Source: the human T2T-CHM13v2.0 reference genome, Homo sapiens. Taken from it: a stretch of DNA of 64,000 nucleotides. The position numbers and the translations under genes are program-made. Below, in pieces: positions 13,766-28,623 of the stretch (position 1 is the first letter of the stretch; each line of letters opens with the position of its first letter). The DNA lies in the NCBI RefSeq assembly GCF_009914755.1, contig NC_060938.1; one strand, given 5' to 3'. The notes beneath the pieces are model-generated. The model did not search any database. It was not told the origin of the DNA and was given only the letters and a program-made list of their open reading frames with translations.

Positions 13766-15532
13766 AATAACCAACTATTTTGCTTAACTATCATGCCTAG
13801 AATTTTCCCTTGAAGCCCCAAGGGGGCAAAGGCCCTTATCTAAGTGAATGTGATCTGTAATTATTTAGACTAACACCAAAATTGCTTTCAGAACATTCTT
13901 AACCTGCTGAGTTTAGAATTCTAATTTGAATACATGCTAGCATTAAAAGTTTCACAAGTAGCAATTTCTCTCTCCCTACTCACAGTGTATTTACACAGCC
14001 TGACAACTGTAGGGAAAATGAAAGAGATTTTATAAACAGAAGTGCTCTCTTTCTGAACTAGTTGAAATGTTATTTTGAAAGGTACAAAAACACAAATTAA
14101 AACAGATTTTCATTGTCACCTTTGCTTAGAAAAGTTGTTTGTTTTCGTCCTGGGCTTCTTTTCATGTTCTTTTCTCTCATTCAAGTGTGTTCTGATATGG
14201 TTCTGATACGGTTCCGGTACCTGGGTGTCCTGCTGTGTTGCTGTTAGCCCGGGGGCGGAGGATTGGTGGCTGTCATCAGGTGCTGGCAGGGCTGCTGTGG
14301 GAGGGGAACGAGGTGTATTCGGGTTTGCTCCCAGGGCAGAAGTAGGACAGATGGTGGAAGGTGTGTCTGTGGGGGGAAGAGGTCAGCACATGGTGAAGAA
14401 CTTTCCGGTGCTCAGAGCTGGGCAACTCGGGCAGTAGACTACTTGGAAAGGGAGCGAGGGCTGTTTTGCCTGGAGGGGTGTAGTGGAGGTTGGAGCCCAT
14501 GTTGCTGGAGGGCTGGGAAGTAGATGCAGGCATTGGGTCAGCCACTCAGACCTTGGGCTCCAAGGCCGTTAATGGCTTGAGTGTCCTGTGGTCAGGGCCA
14601 AGATGGTGGCTGTGAGCTGCTCTGCCCTGAAATACTGCACTTTACTGCACTTGGGGCCCCGCCTGAGTGGAGCACAGCGCTCCACACACTGCGTATTCAA
14701 AAGAGAGTCAGGCACATTCCTCCTCTAATTTCTCTGAGCTTCAGCATTCTCATCTGTGAAATAATTATCTCACAGGGCTGTGAGGATCAGAGGAGGTTAG
14801 ATGTGTGAAACCACTCTGTAAACGATAACGCTCTTACAAATGGAAGGTATTATCAAGAACTCCAAGCCGGGGTTTATTCTGTGATTGCCTCCTAAGCCGT
14901 GTTCCTAAGGGTGTGAGGCTTGCAATCCACTTTGCCTCCAGTTGCCTTGATTCGTTGATCAAATAATCCGGTGCGCACCCAGTGACCCCAGCAGACTCTT
15001 GAGGAGCTCAGGTCCCTCTAGGTGTGGCTTCTTGTCTTCCAGTCCAGCAGTGTGACATGGCTGGCAGTGGTTGAGGTGGTGGACTTGGGGGATGGCTCAG
15101 CTGATGGGCCTTGTGACGTCTCCATGAGCCAGGCTTCTGGACTTGCTGCTGTGTGGCCTGTGAATTCCTCGGGCCTTGCTTTATGCTGTCTCTGCTGTGA
15201 GCAGAGAAAGCACTCAGTGGCAGTGTCAGCAGGGCTGTTCCTCACTTCTTTCTTCATTTGGTCATCTGTATGGCTGTCCAGCCATCAGTTAAATTCTGGC
15301 TCTTTGCCAGGCCCTGGGATCAGAGGGGACCAGACCCACTCTTGCTGGTAAAAGGTGAATGAGGCACAGACATCAAAGCAGACTTGAGAGGGATGATGAG
15401 AAAGGCCCTCCAGGGCTATCTGTGCTGGGAACAGGAATATATGGGAGAGTGTGCTAGGTCTGTCAGTGCTGGAGGCAGAGGACAAGAAAAGCCTCAGGGA
15501 AGGGGAAGGACGAGTTGGGTCTTAGAAGATGA

Positions 15533-15851
<319 letters not shown>

Positions 15852-16738
15852 TCATCAGCTTTAGCCCTGGATGGTCAGTGGCCCAAGGCCAGATGGCGCT
15901 TCCTGTACTTGTGCTGGGTCAGGCACCACACAGGGGTTTACATCTCATTTGCCCTCAGCTGGGTAATCATCAGAGCTCAGGGAGTCTTATTTCGGTGTTC
16001 AGTCCCAGCCCCTGTGCTTTCTGTGTGGCTTAGGGTAAGTTACTTAACTCTCTGGACCTTAGTTTCCCCATTGTAAGTCAAGGACAATAACAGCATCCAC
16101 CTCAGTCTTCTGAGGATTAAACAAGAGAACCCACGGCAGACTCTCAGGAGAGTACCAGGCGTATGGCAGGCACTCCATAATGCAAGCTGGCAGCAGCATC
16201 AGCATCCGTATGCCCCCTTTACAGATGACAAAACTGAGGACCAGAGGGGCGTATTGAAGGACATGTAGCTCCTAAGCACGGGGCTGGCATTTGAACTCAC
16301 CTTTGCTGCCTCTGCTTTCTGGGATTGTTCTAGTCACTTCCCTGCTTGGGGGCTCCAAAAGTGTAGTCGTGTAACTGTGGCAAGGCCTTTAATCTTTTTG
16401 TGTCTTAATGAGCTCGTCTGTAAAATGGCAGGAGCTCTGATATAAGTTCCATGAGGGCAGGGAATTTGTTTTCTTCCCTTGTTTTATCTCCAGTTTGAAT
16501 GAATAGCACCTGCTCAGTCGACCATGCTCTTTGTGGGCCTACTTGAATTTTGGGATGTAGAGAATCTTGGAGGGGTCCAACTGCACTCCCCCACCCACCC
16601 CTCACCTCCAGTCTGTGCAGGAGGCATCCCTGTGGGGATTCGGGATTGGTTAAATGTCGCCAGGTTTGTGAAAGGGCTTTGGAAACTTTGCTGGGAGCTA
16701 AATCAAAGTGATGATTGTTCCACATCTGTGAAATGTTT

Positions 16739-17038
16739 TTTTTTTTTTTTTTTTTTTGAGACGGAGTCTCGCTCTGTCGCCCAGGTTGGAGTGCAGTGGT
16801 GCAATCTCGGCTCACTGCAAGCTCCGCCTTCCGGGTTCATGACATTCTCCTGCCTCAGCCTCCCGAGGAGCTGGGACTACAGGCGCCCACCACCACGCCC
16901 GGCTAATTTTTTGTATTTGTAGTAGAGATGGGGTTTCACCATGTTAGCCAGGATGGTCTCGATCTCCTGACCTTGTGATCCACCTGCCTCAGCCTCCCAA
17001 AGTGCTGGGATTACAGGCGTGAACCACTGCGCCCGGCC
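16739..17038 (-). mobile_element. AluY
   Basis: gcaagctccgcc, tgttagccaggatgg; TSD gaaatgttt at 16730-16738 and 17039-17047. Confidence 0.95.
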
Positions 17039-18608
17039 GAAATGTTTGTATTTACACTGTCAGGTAATGGTCATGGGCTTGCAGCTTGTACATTTGTTTA
17101 TTATTTATTTATAAATCTTAAATCCAGAAAGGACTTGAGGAAGCCTACAATAAAAGATACAAACACAGTGAAGCTATTAAAGCAAGACAGACCATGAAAA
17201 GCCACCCCAAAAGGAGAAGGAAGCCTGTCAATCAAGCGCAGAGCTGACTGCTGTTCCCAGCTGGTGCCTTGCGTCTTGTTCTGTGTGCTGTGTTCTCGCA
17301 GACCCAAGGCAGGTGGCACAAGTTTGCCCAGTTCTTGCTGTCCAAGAGAAGCCAACACAAGTGGCCTCACAAAGGCATGTGGGATGGCAGGACAGTAGTG
17401 CTCAGAGGAAAGGCAGTTAGCTTCTTGTCTCAGCTGCCCAGGGAGGAGATGAAGATCATAGGAGAGGCCAGGGGAAATCTCTGTCCGAATCAAGCTAAGG
17501 AGAGGTCACATGTTCTTTCTAGGGTGGGCTGTGGCAGGGCCACAGGTCCCTGGGCCAGACTGCCAGAGTTGTTTTGCTCTTTTCTGTGCCTTGGTTTCTC
17601 TCCTGCCAAGTGGCTGTAACAATACCTATCTCACAGACCTGTTGTGAGGATAAATGTTGTGGTTTTGGCCAGGGACCTTGCAAAGTGCTTTTGTTAACCT
17701 GACCTGTATGGTCTGTGTTTCTCATGGTGAATGTTGTATTTCTCAAATGGCTCAAGTCCTTCAACTCAGGTCCCCGAGTTCAGAGGAGATGCTGCTGGAG
17801 GGGTGGCAAGGTGGGGTCTCCCCTCATGCCCTTGGCTCTGTCCATACTGACGTTGTCAAGTGTGACCTGTTTGTTATTGCCTAAAAACACTTAACGAGTT
17901 CAAAGCAAAGGGAACATACTTTTTAATTATTTCTCTGCTTGTCTCCAGCAATGCTGTTGTCAAGGAAACCAAAACCTTTGGAAAGCTTTTCAGCTTCTCG
18001 GTCGGAAGAGGATACTTGTACAGTGCGTATATTGTCGGTGGAAATGGACCTGTCGTTCTGTAACAAAATCTGTTTCTTTTAAAAGGGCTTACTTCCTTCA
18101 CTTCTTACAAATGGACTCTTTTTGGCCTTTTAACAGAAGATGGAAAGTTGTTACTGGTATTTTCTCTTTTAAAGAATTGCCTGCATTCTTGACATAGTAT
18201 TTCATTCATTCAACATCTGTTGTGAGACTTGGGTGCTAGGGATGGGAGTGTGATACAGAGATGAATATAGCCTTTCTGGAAAGGCTCCTGGCTCATTGAA
18301 AGAAACAGGTGGACAGATCATTATAGCGCAGCATCATGACTGCTCTGAAGGGTGTTGGGTAAGGTGCTCTGGGGCATAAAGAACAGCCTGGGAGGGGCAG
18401 TGTCAGCAAGTCACAGGAGTCCTAGAGGATGGGTAGCCATTGCTCAGCAGCAAAGCGATAGAAAAGCATTCCAGGCCAAGGGAACAGAGTGTGCAAAGGC
18501 AGGGAGGTGTACAAGAGCATGCTGCCATCAGCAAACTGCAAGGTAGCTGGACGAGGCTGGGCATTGGATGCATAAGGCATGAGGAGCAAGACAGGCTGGA
18601 GAAAACTT

Positions 18609-18900
18609 TTTTTGTTTTTGAGACGGAGTCTTGCTCTGTCGCCTAGGCTGGAGTGCAGTGGTGTGGTCTTGGCTCACTGCAACCTCTGCCTCGCAGGCTC
18701 AAGCAATTCTCCTGCCTCAGCCTCCTGAGTAGCTGGGATTACAGGTGTGCACCACCACACCTGGCTAATTTTTGTATTTTTGGTAGAGACAGAGTTTCAC
18801 CATGTTGGCCAGGCTATCTCCAACTCCTTACCTCAAGTGATCCACCCGCCTTGGCCTCCCAAAGTGCTGGGATTACAGGCATGAACCACCACACCCGGCC
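18609..18900 (-). mobile_element. AluS
   Basis: Full antisense Alu; TSD tggagaa(a/g)actt at 18597-18608 and 18901-18912. Confidence 0.93.
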
Positions 18901-19239
18901 TGGAGAAGACTTCTGATCAGGAGTGGGGAGTGTGAAGAGGTTGCAATACATGCTCTTCGAAGTGCATTCCATTTCCGCCTGACAGAGCCTTGCTTCTTGA
19001 CATGCAGAGGCATGTCACTCCTTTTGTTCTTGCTTCAGAGGGAAGGGACACTGCTAACACGCTGGAGTTTAATAATTTACTTTTGCTGCAGGAGTATGGC
19101 CTTCCTTGTAATGTTTCAGCCAGCATTCCAGTAAAATTTTATGATAGTTAAGCCCTATCGGAGCATTGGTTTTATATGAAAAAGATAAATCATTGTTAGA
19201 AAAACAGGAGTCTTAACTTTTAAACACCCCTTGTTATTT

Positions 19240-19500
19240 TTCTTGTAAAACTTTAAAAAATAATTTCAGATTTATGGAAGAGTTATAAAAATAATACAGA
19301 GAGTTCCTATGTACCCTTCACCCAACTTCTTCGAATGGTAACATCTTGCATAACCTGGTGCATTTATCAAACTAAGAAATTAACATTGGTACAACTCTGT
19401 TAATTAAACTATGGACTTTATTTGCATTTCACCAGGTTTTCCACTAATGTCCTTTTTCCGTTTCAGGATCCAATCTAGGATGCCATATTGCATTTAGAGA
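19240..19500 (-). mobile_element. L1MC-type 3' fragment
   Basis: ataatttcagattta...gaagagtt...ataatacagagagttcc...gtacccttcacccaactt resembles the L1MC 3' end. Confidence 0.6.
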
Positions 19501-20116
19501 GCTCTTGCTATTTAATAAGTAATTTGTTTTTTTGGGGGGTGGACTGGGCAGTAAGGAATGGACTGGAGCTTGTCCTGGCCACTAATTTTGAGTTCCCTGT
19601 TCTGAGCAAACCCTGCACATCCTGGCTGATGTCCCATATCAGGAGACCAGAGCCTTGAAGCTACAGTTAAGCTCGTACTGGATGTCTTTTGGTTTTCAAG
19701 ACTTGCTTCCTAGTTCAATCATGAACAAGACAAGCAGAAGATTTGCACCTTAATGAGGCTTAAAGAGCACTCACTTATAAAGTGCCATTAGTGACTTGTC
19801 CTTAATGGTAGCTGTTTAGTGATAACAGGTTTCTCATTCCTTTTTTCTTTTTTTTTTCTTCCTTTTTTCCTCCTTCTGGATTTAACCCAGCCAGCCTTTT
19901 GGGCTAATGTTGACATTAGCTAGAATTCGAATTTAGACTGCTTACCACATTGATGTTTTTACACAACCTTCCTGTGGTTTATCGGATAATTGAGTGTGTC
20001 TTGAGGCAGTAACTGAGTTGAAATGTGTTGCATTTAATGAGTGAAACTAGAGCATGCTTTGCATACCGATAGATGCACATCTGTAGGTGATTTTTCCGAC
20101 AAAAGTCCCAGCCTAG

Positions 20117-20350
20117 GACGTTTCCTTCCATTCCTTTCCCTTCCTTCTCTTGCATTTCCCCCCTTTTCCTTTCTCTCTCATCCTTTCTCTCATGTCTTTT
20201 TCGGTACTTTTTTCACTATGCTCTCCTTTGGCCTTGCACCTGGTCCTGTCTCCGCCTGCCTTTTCTCCTTTGCATTTCCTCCTTTCCGTCCCCCTGTGCC
20301 CCTCTCGCTCTCTCTTGCCAATTCCCATCTTCTATGCCTTTCCCTGCAAC
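20117..20350 (+). repeat. CT-rich low-complexity polypyrimidine tract
   Basis: About 234 nt, strongly C/T, with no AG dinucleotide. Confidence 0.85.
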
Positions 20351-23300
20351 AGGCCAGTGAAGCTGTTGCCACGGAAACAGAAGCCCAGCAGAAGCTCTGT
20401 TCTGCTTTCCGGATGCTTCTAACGATGATGACGCAGATAATATTGATTTCTAGAATCAGCTAAGCCCTGGCCTGTGGCCTCTGGAGTCCCTTCATTTTCC
20501 AAAGGCCAAGCTGATGCCACAGCTCATCATTCTGTTCAGTAGATGGTCATTTTTGATTTCAAAATTGAAACTTCAAAATTTTGAGTAATCTACTTCCCTG
20601 TGGCTCCAGAAGACTGGGTGCAACCATGTGAAAAAGACTTACTTGAATTTACTTACATTAACTGAGGGAAAAATACCAGATGAGGAGGGTACGGGTGCTG
20701 CAGGTTCCAGGAATAACTTAAGTTACACATGGGAGAGGGTTAGATGCATTTGTTGAATTACTGGGCTGAATGACTGCTTTTAAAGGACTTGGGGGAAAGA
20801 GAAGTACAGTTGAGGCCTTAAAAAAGATACTTAATTCAATGAATGTTCAGTGAGGACTGGCCATTTCTGAGACATGGGGTCAGGTGCTGTGGGGCACCAG
20901 GAGTGTGAAAAGCACATTTCCTCCTCTGGAGGAGTGGCTTTTTAAGTGACAGAGCTGGGGCATGTGTGTCCTGTACCGCAGTGACATTCCTTGATACTTG
21001 TCATGGTGATCCAGTGAGTGCAGCTGTTGTCAGTTCTGCCGTACAACCCACATGGCTGCACATTAACTGGGCTTTGTGGTCCCCTCGGAGGGCTGTTGGC
21101 GCCTGGTCCTCAGTGGAGCTGGTTTATGATGGTGGCAGCCTTGCTGCACCTTTCCGGGTTTGACTCAGGCCCAGCTTGTTGGCATTAGCTAGGATTTGGA
21201 GTTTTGCCATTCAGCCAGCACCAGCTAATAGCCCAGCAAGGAAGAGTTAGTTCATGGATTATATTTAAGTTAGTACTTATTCCCAAAGGTAACTTTGTTT
21301 AATAAAAACCTTAAGCCCTTATTACTGTGCTTCTGGGTATCCTGGCTCCAGTGTGTAAAAATAAGACTTATAAAATTCAAACATTATTTGTGAAAATGCA
21401 AAAACATTTTCATTAATACAGGGCATGATAAAAAGCAAAAGGCACTTTCCATCTGTGGCTAAGTGGTCTTTCTGCACTGGGGTCTTTTTGTTTTCATAAT
21501 CACTTTGCGCTTATTTAAATATTGCCCTTTCAGTCGTGAATTTTAAAGGGAGGAAGCTTTGGTGTGTGAATAACTTTACAACTACCCACAGTATTTCCAT
21601 CCAGTTGCTATGACTTAAGTTGATAATGGACCCCACACAGTAGTCACTAATGGATGATAATCTAGGAGTGTTTTTGTTATTGTTTTTATTTTAGAAGAAA
21701 GGTTTGAAATTAGCATAGTAAATCTCTGTGGGATCTTTGCAAATAAAAGAATGTTCACGTTAAAAACAATTTTCAAGAAAGATGTATGGTAATGAATAAA
21801 ACATCAGTGAGTGAAAATAAGCGTGTTTAATTATTCAAGTAGAAGTAGTAATTTAAACTAATTATTGCTTGCGGATTTCATAATTCAGTTTTTGTCTCAC
21901 AATAATATTTCCTCTGGGCCTCCGGGGCGCGTCGGCGGCTGCTCGCTGTTCCTGGGGCGGGAGAGACCTCCCCCTCCCCGTGGCTGCAGCCTCTGCCCCA
22001 CCGAGCCAGAGCCAGAGAGGCCCAGTTTCTGCTTCTGCCGGCCTCCTCGTGGTCTCAGTCCACATCTATCCCCCTTGCACTGCCTCATTAGGCATTTCCT
22101 TGCTTATCACCTTCTCTGGTTGATTCGGGCATCTCAGACCAGTTCTGTCCATTGAGGTCTGAGTGTCGTGGAGGCTGGTCCCCTGCCTCCTCCCCGGTGT
22201 CTTAGACTTCCTTGGCAGGGGTGGCCCTGAGCACCCTGCCCATGTCCCCAGGAGGCAAGTCCTTGCCGTTCAGGGCTGCCTCAGGTTGGATCCCCTCCAG
22301 GAGGCTCCCCTGCCTGGGGATTGATCACTTCTTCCTCCCCAGTGCTTTGTACCAGCAGGTTCTGGTGGTAGTAAGAGAATTACAGAGAGAATTTGTTGGT
22401 TGACATTTTTCTTTTTTGGGCTTCTTTTTACTTTGTTTCTGATCCTAAAGGAAGAAAAACATATTCATACAGAGGAATGGAAAAGTACCAGAGAGCCTGA
22501 GAGGCAGTGGGGAGGACACTTCATCCCCTGGAACTTGCACCTGGCTTCTCTGCTCCTGGGTGGCTCTGCACGTGTCTTAGTTCTGCTCATTCTGTGTATG
22601 CAGGCACTTGCCATTTTCTCTGTGGAATTTGAGGGCTTGGATGTGATTTTTAGCATGGACACTTTGGAGGGGCTCAGTTACATTCTCCTTGGTGCACCTC
22701 CTGGGGTACAACTGGCATTAGCAGGTGCTGATGAAGGAGTAGGAAGTGCTGCAAAGCACTTTTGCTCAATCGTGCGAGGCTTTTAAAACCCAGTTATTAC
22801 TGCTACTCCCATGAATGCCCATAATGGCACAGGAGGTTTTCTGAACCTTTCTTTATTGCACAAATGCTCCTGGAACAGATCTTGACAATTCAGGTGAATT
22901 ATTATTCTACCCCTCAGAAGGTAAAGGGAAAGCTTTCTGTTTGTAACTTTTTCTTCCCAAGTGTCCTCTGTCAAAAGGTAGTGACATCTTCTCTCCTGAT
23001 ATGTGACGTCCATTATTACCTCGGTATAATCATAAAGCTCACACCCAAAAGCTTTCCATCCAGCACGTCAGAGGGACAATCTTTATTTAAGACACACTCC
23101 CCCACTTTTCTTTGTTATTGCTTTCTCCTAAAAAAAAAAAACAAAACCAAAAAATCAAAAAATTCCCTTGGCTTTAAAGGCATGATCTGGGCTAGGAGTG
23201 ACTCGTTCTTTTGCAAGGTTATTGTCATAGGCAGGAACAAGACAGGTGGGACATGGGGGTGGACAGAGTGATGCGCTGTCAGCCAGGGGCCAGGGGTCCA

Positions 23301-25911
23301 AATGGGGTTCTGTCATTTTCCAGCTGAGCCCTCGGCAGGCCAGGCAATTTCTGGGTGTTGGTTTCCTCTCTTGGCAAACATAGAGGCTCAACTGTGTTCT
23401 CTGAGGCCCTTTTAAGCTGAGTAGTTTTGTGATCTCCAAACTAACTGTAGCTAAATGAGGTAATGAGAGAATTACAGGTGTCCCCCAAACTCTTCCTGCA
23501 GAGTAGTTGAAATGAGCATTCATGATTCTGAATCGGTTTTCTCTCCCTGTGAGCTCCAGAGGAAGTCATTAAGCAGAGAAATTACTAACACCTCGTGACC
23601 ACCGTGGAGCAGAGCCAGGGGCACGAAATAAAATGCCATAGGGATGAGACCCATGCAGCCAGCCAGCACTTAGGGAGATCTGCTAGGAGGACACCCTTAG
23701 GTTGTCCTCCTGAGGGTCCAGCCCTCTCTGAGGGGTTGACAGCTGAGCTTCATTACGTTCTTGACCCTGTCTCGCTGACCTCAGGGCTTCTGTATTAGCA
23801 GTGTCCCAACAAATGGTTGTTGGGGTGAATTAAATTTTCTCTTATGGATAGTGTCCTATCCTTTCTACCAAGTAAGCTTCCTCTCGGGGAAGAGACCATT
23901 CTTCTTTATTTCTTTGAAAACTGATTTTTTAAGAATAGAAATACAAATTGGTATTTGATGTACAGAGAAAAATGAGTCGTGCTCCCATGCTCTGGATCTG
24001 GAGAGGCCACATCTGGCTCATCTCTGGATCCTAGGGAGCATCAGCCTTGCCGTGGGAAGCAAAGCGGGCCTGGGCTGCCTTGAATTAGAATGACCTGGCT
24101 GCCTTTCCAACCAAAGCACATATGGCCAAATGTTGGGAGAGTGAATTGGAGGCAAAAGCCTTTGGAATTATTGGGATCGTTGGGACTCCTGGGAAGGAAC
24201 TGGGCAGATTTGTGTTTGAGCCATGGCTCTTTCTACCCTAGGTCTGGGGAAGGTCCTCTGCTTCTCCCCCACTGTTTCTTGTAAAGTGGTGCTGGCATGC
24301 TTAGCCCGCAGGGCTGTTGTGTATGGTCAGGAGATAGCAGCCCTGAGTAGTGCCCAGAGCTTAGCACAGATACAGCAACTCTGGTTCCTTTGAAGATGGA
24401 AAATGAATATGTATCATTTGGCAATGATAATGTAAAATCAGTGTGGAGGTGTGATTCCATTAATAGATTGCTGATGAACTCAACTTTTTAGGAGCCCGTT
24501 TGTTGCTTAGAGTGAAGCTGGCTGGAATGAGGCAGAATTAGAATGACAGGCCCACTCTTCTAATTGAAATGCACATGAAGTGCTTGGCCCTCAGACTTCC
24601 ATCGAGATGATTGCAGTGATCAATATTCCAGTTTGCTTGGCTGGCAGCTTCCGGGGAATAAGAATGGATGATGGACCCAGGGAAAGTACTGCCAAACAGA
24701 GCATTAAGTTAATTCCTGTTTGCCTGGGTTCTGGCCTGCCTGATGAAGTGCCTTGAGTAGAATGAGGCAATGTTGGTGTGGACTTTATCATGGGCTGTAC
24801 CCAGTATCACAAGAGCTCAAGGTGGCTGCTCCCTGACATTCACTTTTGGTAGCAATTAGAACTCCCATTTGCTGAGATCCTACCATGTGTCCAGCCCAGT
24901 GCTGGGCCCCATACGCACATGATTGGTCCCCCTGAAACCTCTGAGGTGCCGATGGCATGCCCCAACCTGCGTCCAAGGACCTGGGGCTGAGAGGGCCTCA
25001 GGGCACGGTGCTGCAAGGTGCGGAGCTGGGAATGGAGTCCAGGGCTGTTTGCTCCCAAAGTCTATGTTCGTTCCACTCTCCCACGCCAGCCCGTAAGTGT
25101 AAAGCAGATGTTTGGAACCTGGGTTCTCATTTTCCTGTAGAATCAGTGTTATTCATGGCAGTGAGGGCCTGGTCTCAAAAGCTGGGTTTACCACTGACAG
25201 TGTCATTTCTCATGTGGTTTTCACCTTGACCTTACCACCATGGGAGGCAGAGCGCACACCCCTCTGGTGTTCCTGGCTGGGAAACAGGGGCCCCTACCTG
25301 TGGGCTGCGTGGGCCAGGAGGGTCAGCAGGCCCTTGGGGGAAGTGCAAATGCATCCTTATCTCTGTAGTGCTTCCTCCCAGGCATAGGGTCCGCTGGAGG
25401 CCTGGCGTTCCCATGGGGCTCACTGTGTGTGCAAATGTTCTGTCCCAGTTCAGTCTGCTGACTGGGAGATGCTGACCTGACTCTGTTTCTCTAGGGCCAT
25501 GATCCTGACTCTGAAATGCCAAGTATACACCCCTCCCTCCTCCTGCCTGCATTCTCCTTCTGCTGTTACATGGGGGCATGCACCCCTCTCCCCTGCAGCT
25601 CTGGCCTCTGCTGGGCCCATCCCTCCTGTGAGTGACATGGTTATTCCTTGTATCATTGTCTGAACTTGGCACTGGTGTGTTTGGGCCCTTCCTCTTAACC
25701 CTCCTACCTTGTGTCCCCATGCTAGTTCTGTCTTTCCTGTGCTCGCAGAATCTGTCTGTCCTCTTGCCCCCACCTCAGAGGCTTCTTCCAGTCTCACCCC
25801 CTCATTCTCAGAATTGAATTTTTTATCTGTGGAAGGTGGCAGCTGGCAGCCAAACCAGGAGCCTAAGTCTTGGGCAAAGCTTCAACAAGGATGCTGAGCT
25901 CAGGGGCCTAG

Positions 25912-26315
<404 letters not shown>

Positions 26316-28591
26316 TAACTCTGTTATATGTCTTCACTATAATCTCATTTTGGGCTGCACTCTGCTTTTGTTTTTGTTTGGGAGCCTGCTTGGAGGCCAG
26401 CACTAACAGAAACATGCAAGGGCAGAAGCAGAGCTGGCCATCGGGAGGTGGGTGGCCTGCAGGGCCTAGCTCTGTGGCGCATGGATTGGTGTGTCAGTCG
26501 CCCTTCCTGGCAGCAGCTCTCAGTGATTAGGCTTGGAGGAGCCTTGGCTTTAAGTTCTCTTTGGGGAAGGGCGGATATTAGTGCTTAAGAAACGCCACTC
26601 CCGAGGAAACCCACCTGGATGTTTTTCTCTGTAACTGGCCATTTGGAGACAGGGCCAGGCTGTGCATAGGCTTTTGAGTTTCTCAGGTGCTTACATGGGG
26701 CTCAAAATGATGATGCAATCAATCCGTTTCTTGACTTTTGGGCCTGGGTCCAGCTCAGAATGGAGGTGTGCTCCATGGGCTTGCCTTCGGAGAAGATGGT
26801 TAGCAGGGCTGTGGGAAGGGATGTGTGGTGGACAGAGGTACAGGCTCCCCAAGGCTTAGAGGCTTCAGAAGCCCATGTCAGGCACGTGGGGCCCAGGTTC
26901 AAAGCAGAGGATGGAGAAGGGAGGGTTAAAGCCTTCCTTCTGACGTTGATATGTGTGTCTCAGCACTGGGACCTGGAGCAGTCGGCTTCGGAGGCCCGTT
27001 GGACTGTTGAATATTGATGGTGTGGGTTTGGCTGAGGAGCATAGGCAGGTGTGTTTGCCATTCTTATGTACTCAGGAGGGGTATGAAGGGCAAGTCAGTG
27101 GCACAATTCAAGCAAAGTGCTGCTGTTACTCGAGCATTTGCTGTGTGCCAGGATCTTCACACGGACAGCCTCAGTTTTCATAGGAGTCACTTTTAGGCAT
27201 TTTATCTCCATTTTGCAGTTGAAGCAATTGATACTTAAGATGGTAGTATCTTTGTTTAGTGTGAAGAGCCAGGAATTGAGTGGGGAATGCCCTTATGGCA
27301 GCAAGACAGTGGCACCAAGTCCTGCCTAGGTGGCTTGTCCAATGATCAGAGTCCAAGGCCACATTGCTACCAAGTGGCAGAGCTGGAATCAGCGCTACTC
27401 AGCCTCACACATTTTGCTCCCTGTGCCTCTTCAGAACTTCGGCCTGTCACATGTGTGCAGCTGTGGGAGCCCAGATTGTGAGTTGATCAAGGTCAGGGCC
27501 ACACCCTGCACTTCCTGCCTGACACAGAGTAGGTGCTGGACAGACATTTGTGTTGTGAAAGAGTGAGTGAGTGAATGAAAGACACACCATGGGGATAGAA
27601 AAATAAGGGGCAGGCCCCAGGGCGGTTGGCAGATGTGAAATGTGGTTTAAAGACTTGGCAGTAAATCTGTGGCTAGGCCCCCCTTCTCCTTTCATTCCCT
27701 TCTTCCTTCCTTCTTGGGATTCAGAATTGCTCTCTGGGCAGAGGGCTGCGGAGCAGGAGCGAGGCTGCAGGTGTGAGAAGGACCCCGCCGTGCCAGGGCA
27801 GCCTCAAGGAGCTGTTGAGCGAGTTGAGCCCAGAAGACAAAGGTCGCTGAAGTCCTTCCAGGAGAAGAAGATCAATGCCTGGGCTGAGCCTGCGGTTAAC
27901 ATCTTAATAGTAACCGGAGAGTTTCTGAGAGATTAGGTGATGATATATACTCAGAGCTCAGACAGTTAATTTGCATTGTGTCCTATATTCCTGAAAAGTT
28001 GCTTTCAGATTCTTATTGATGTGCTCACATTTTTTGGGGTAATTGTCCTCCTTTGACATTAATAACCCCCCTGTTTACTCTCAGGCTCACATACCTCTCA
28101 GAGTCCAGGAGGCAGTGAGGGAAAGCTTTTAATTCAAAGCCCTATCCATCTTCCCAACTCAGGTGAGATGGGGACTAGAAAGTCGGTCTGGCTGAAGCTA
28201 AGTGAGGCCAGCCTTCTGGGTGTTGGGTATCAGGTTCTGGACGGGGCTGGCAGTTGTGTGTGGGGCTCATGGATGGTTTTAGGCCCTTCTGCCCCCTTTG
28301 TCAGTGTGCCCTTGTGGGAAGCCGGTGCGTTTCCAGGGGAGCTGCTGGAGGCTTCTTATGGCATGCAGATCAAGGAAGACCTGTAGACTACATGCACCCT
28401 GGCGCTCTGGGTATGTTGTTTCTGCAGGTTTGGGAGGCAGCTGTCCTCCAAAGCATACAATTACTAAGAAGAGGGACCATAGTTTCACACTTCAGTGCCT
28501 AAACAGGCCCTGACACCCAGTTTGGCTAGGTTGAGTCTGGGTGCCAGAGATTAGAGCTGGGATTGGAGATGTAGCCCGTCCCCGTTCAGGA

Positions 28592-28623
28592 GCCTCTCAC
28601 GTGTATTGCCTCTCACGTGTATT
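28592..28623 (+). repeat. Perfect 16-bp tandem duplication (gcctctcacgtgtatt)x2
   Basis: Read directly; each unit contains CACGTG. Confidence 0.92.

Noticed and set aside
14189-14221. Degenerate 11-bp tandem repeat x3 (gttctgatayg)
   Set aside because: Short slippage product with no spacers; not CRISPR-like or evidently functional.
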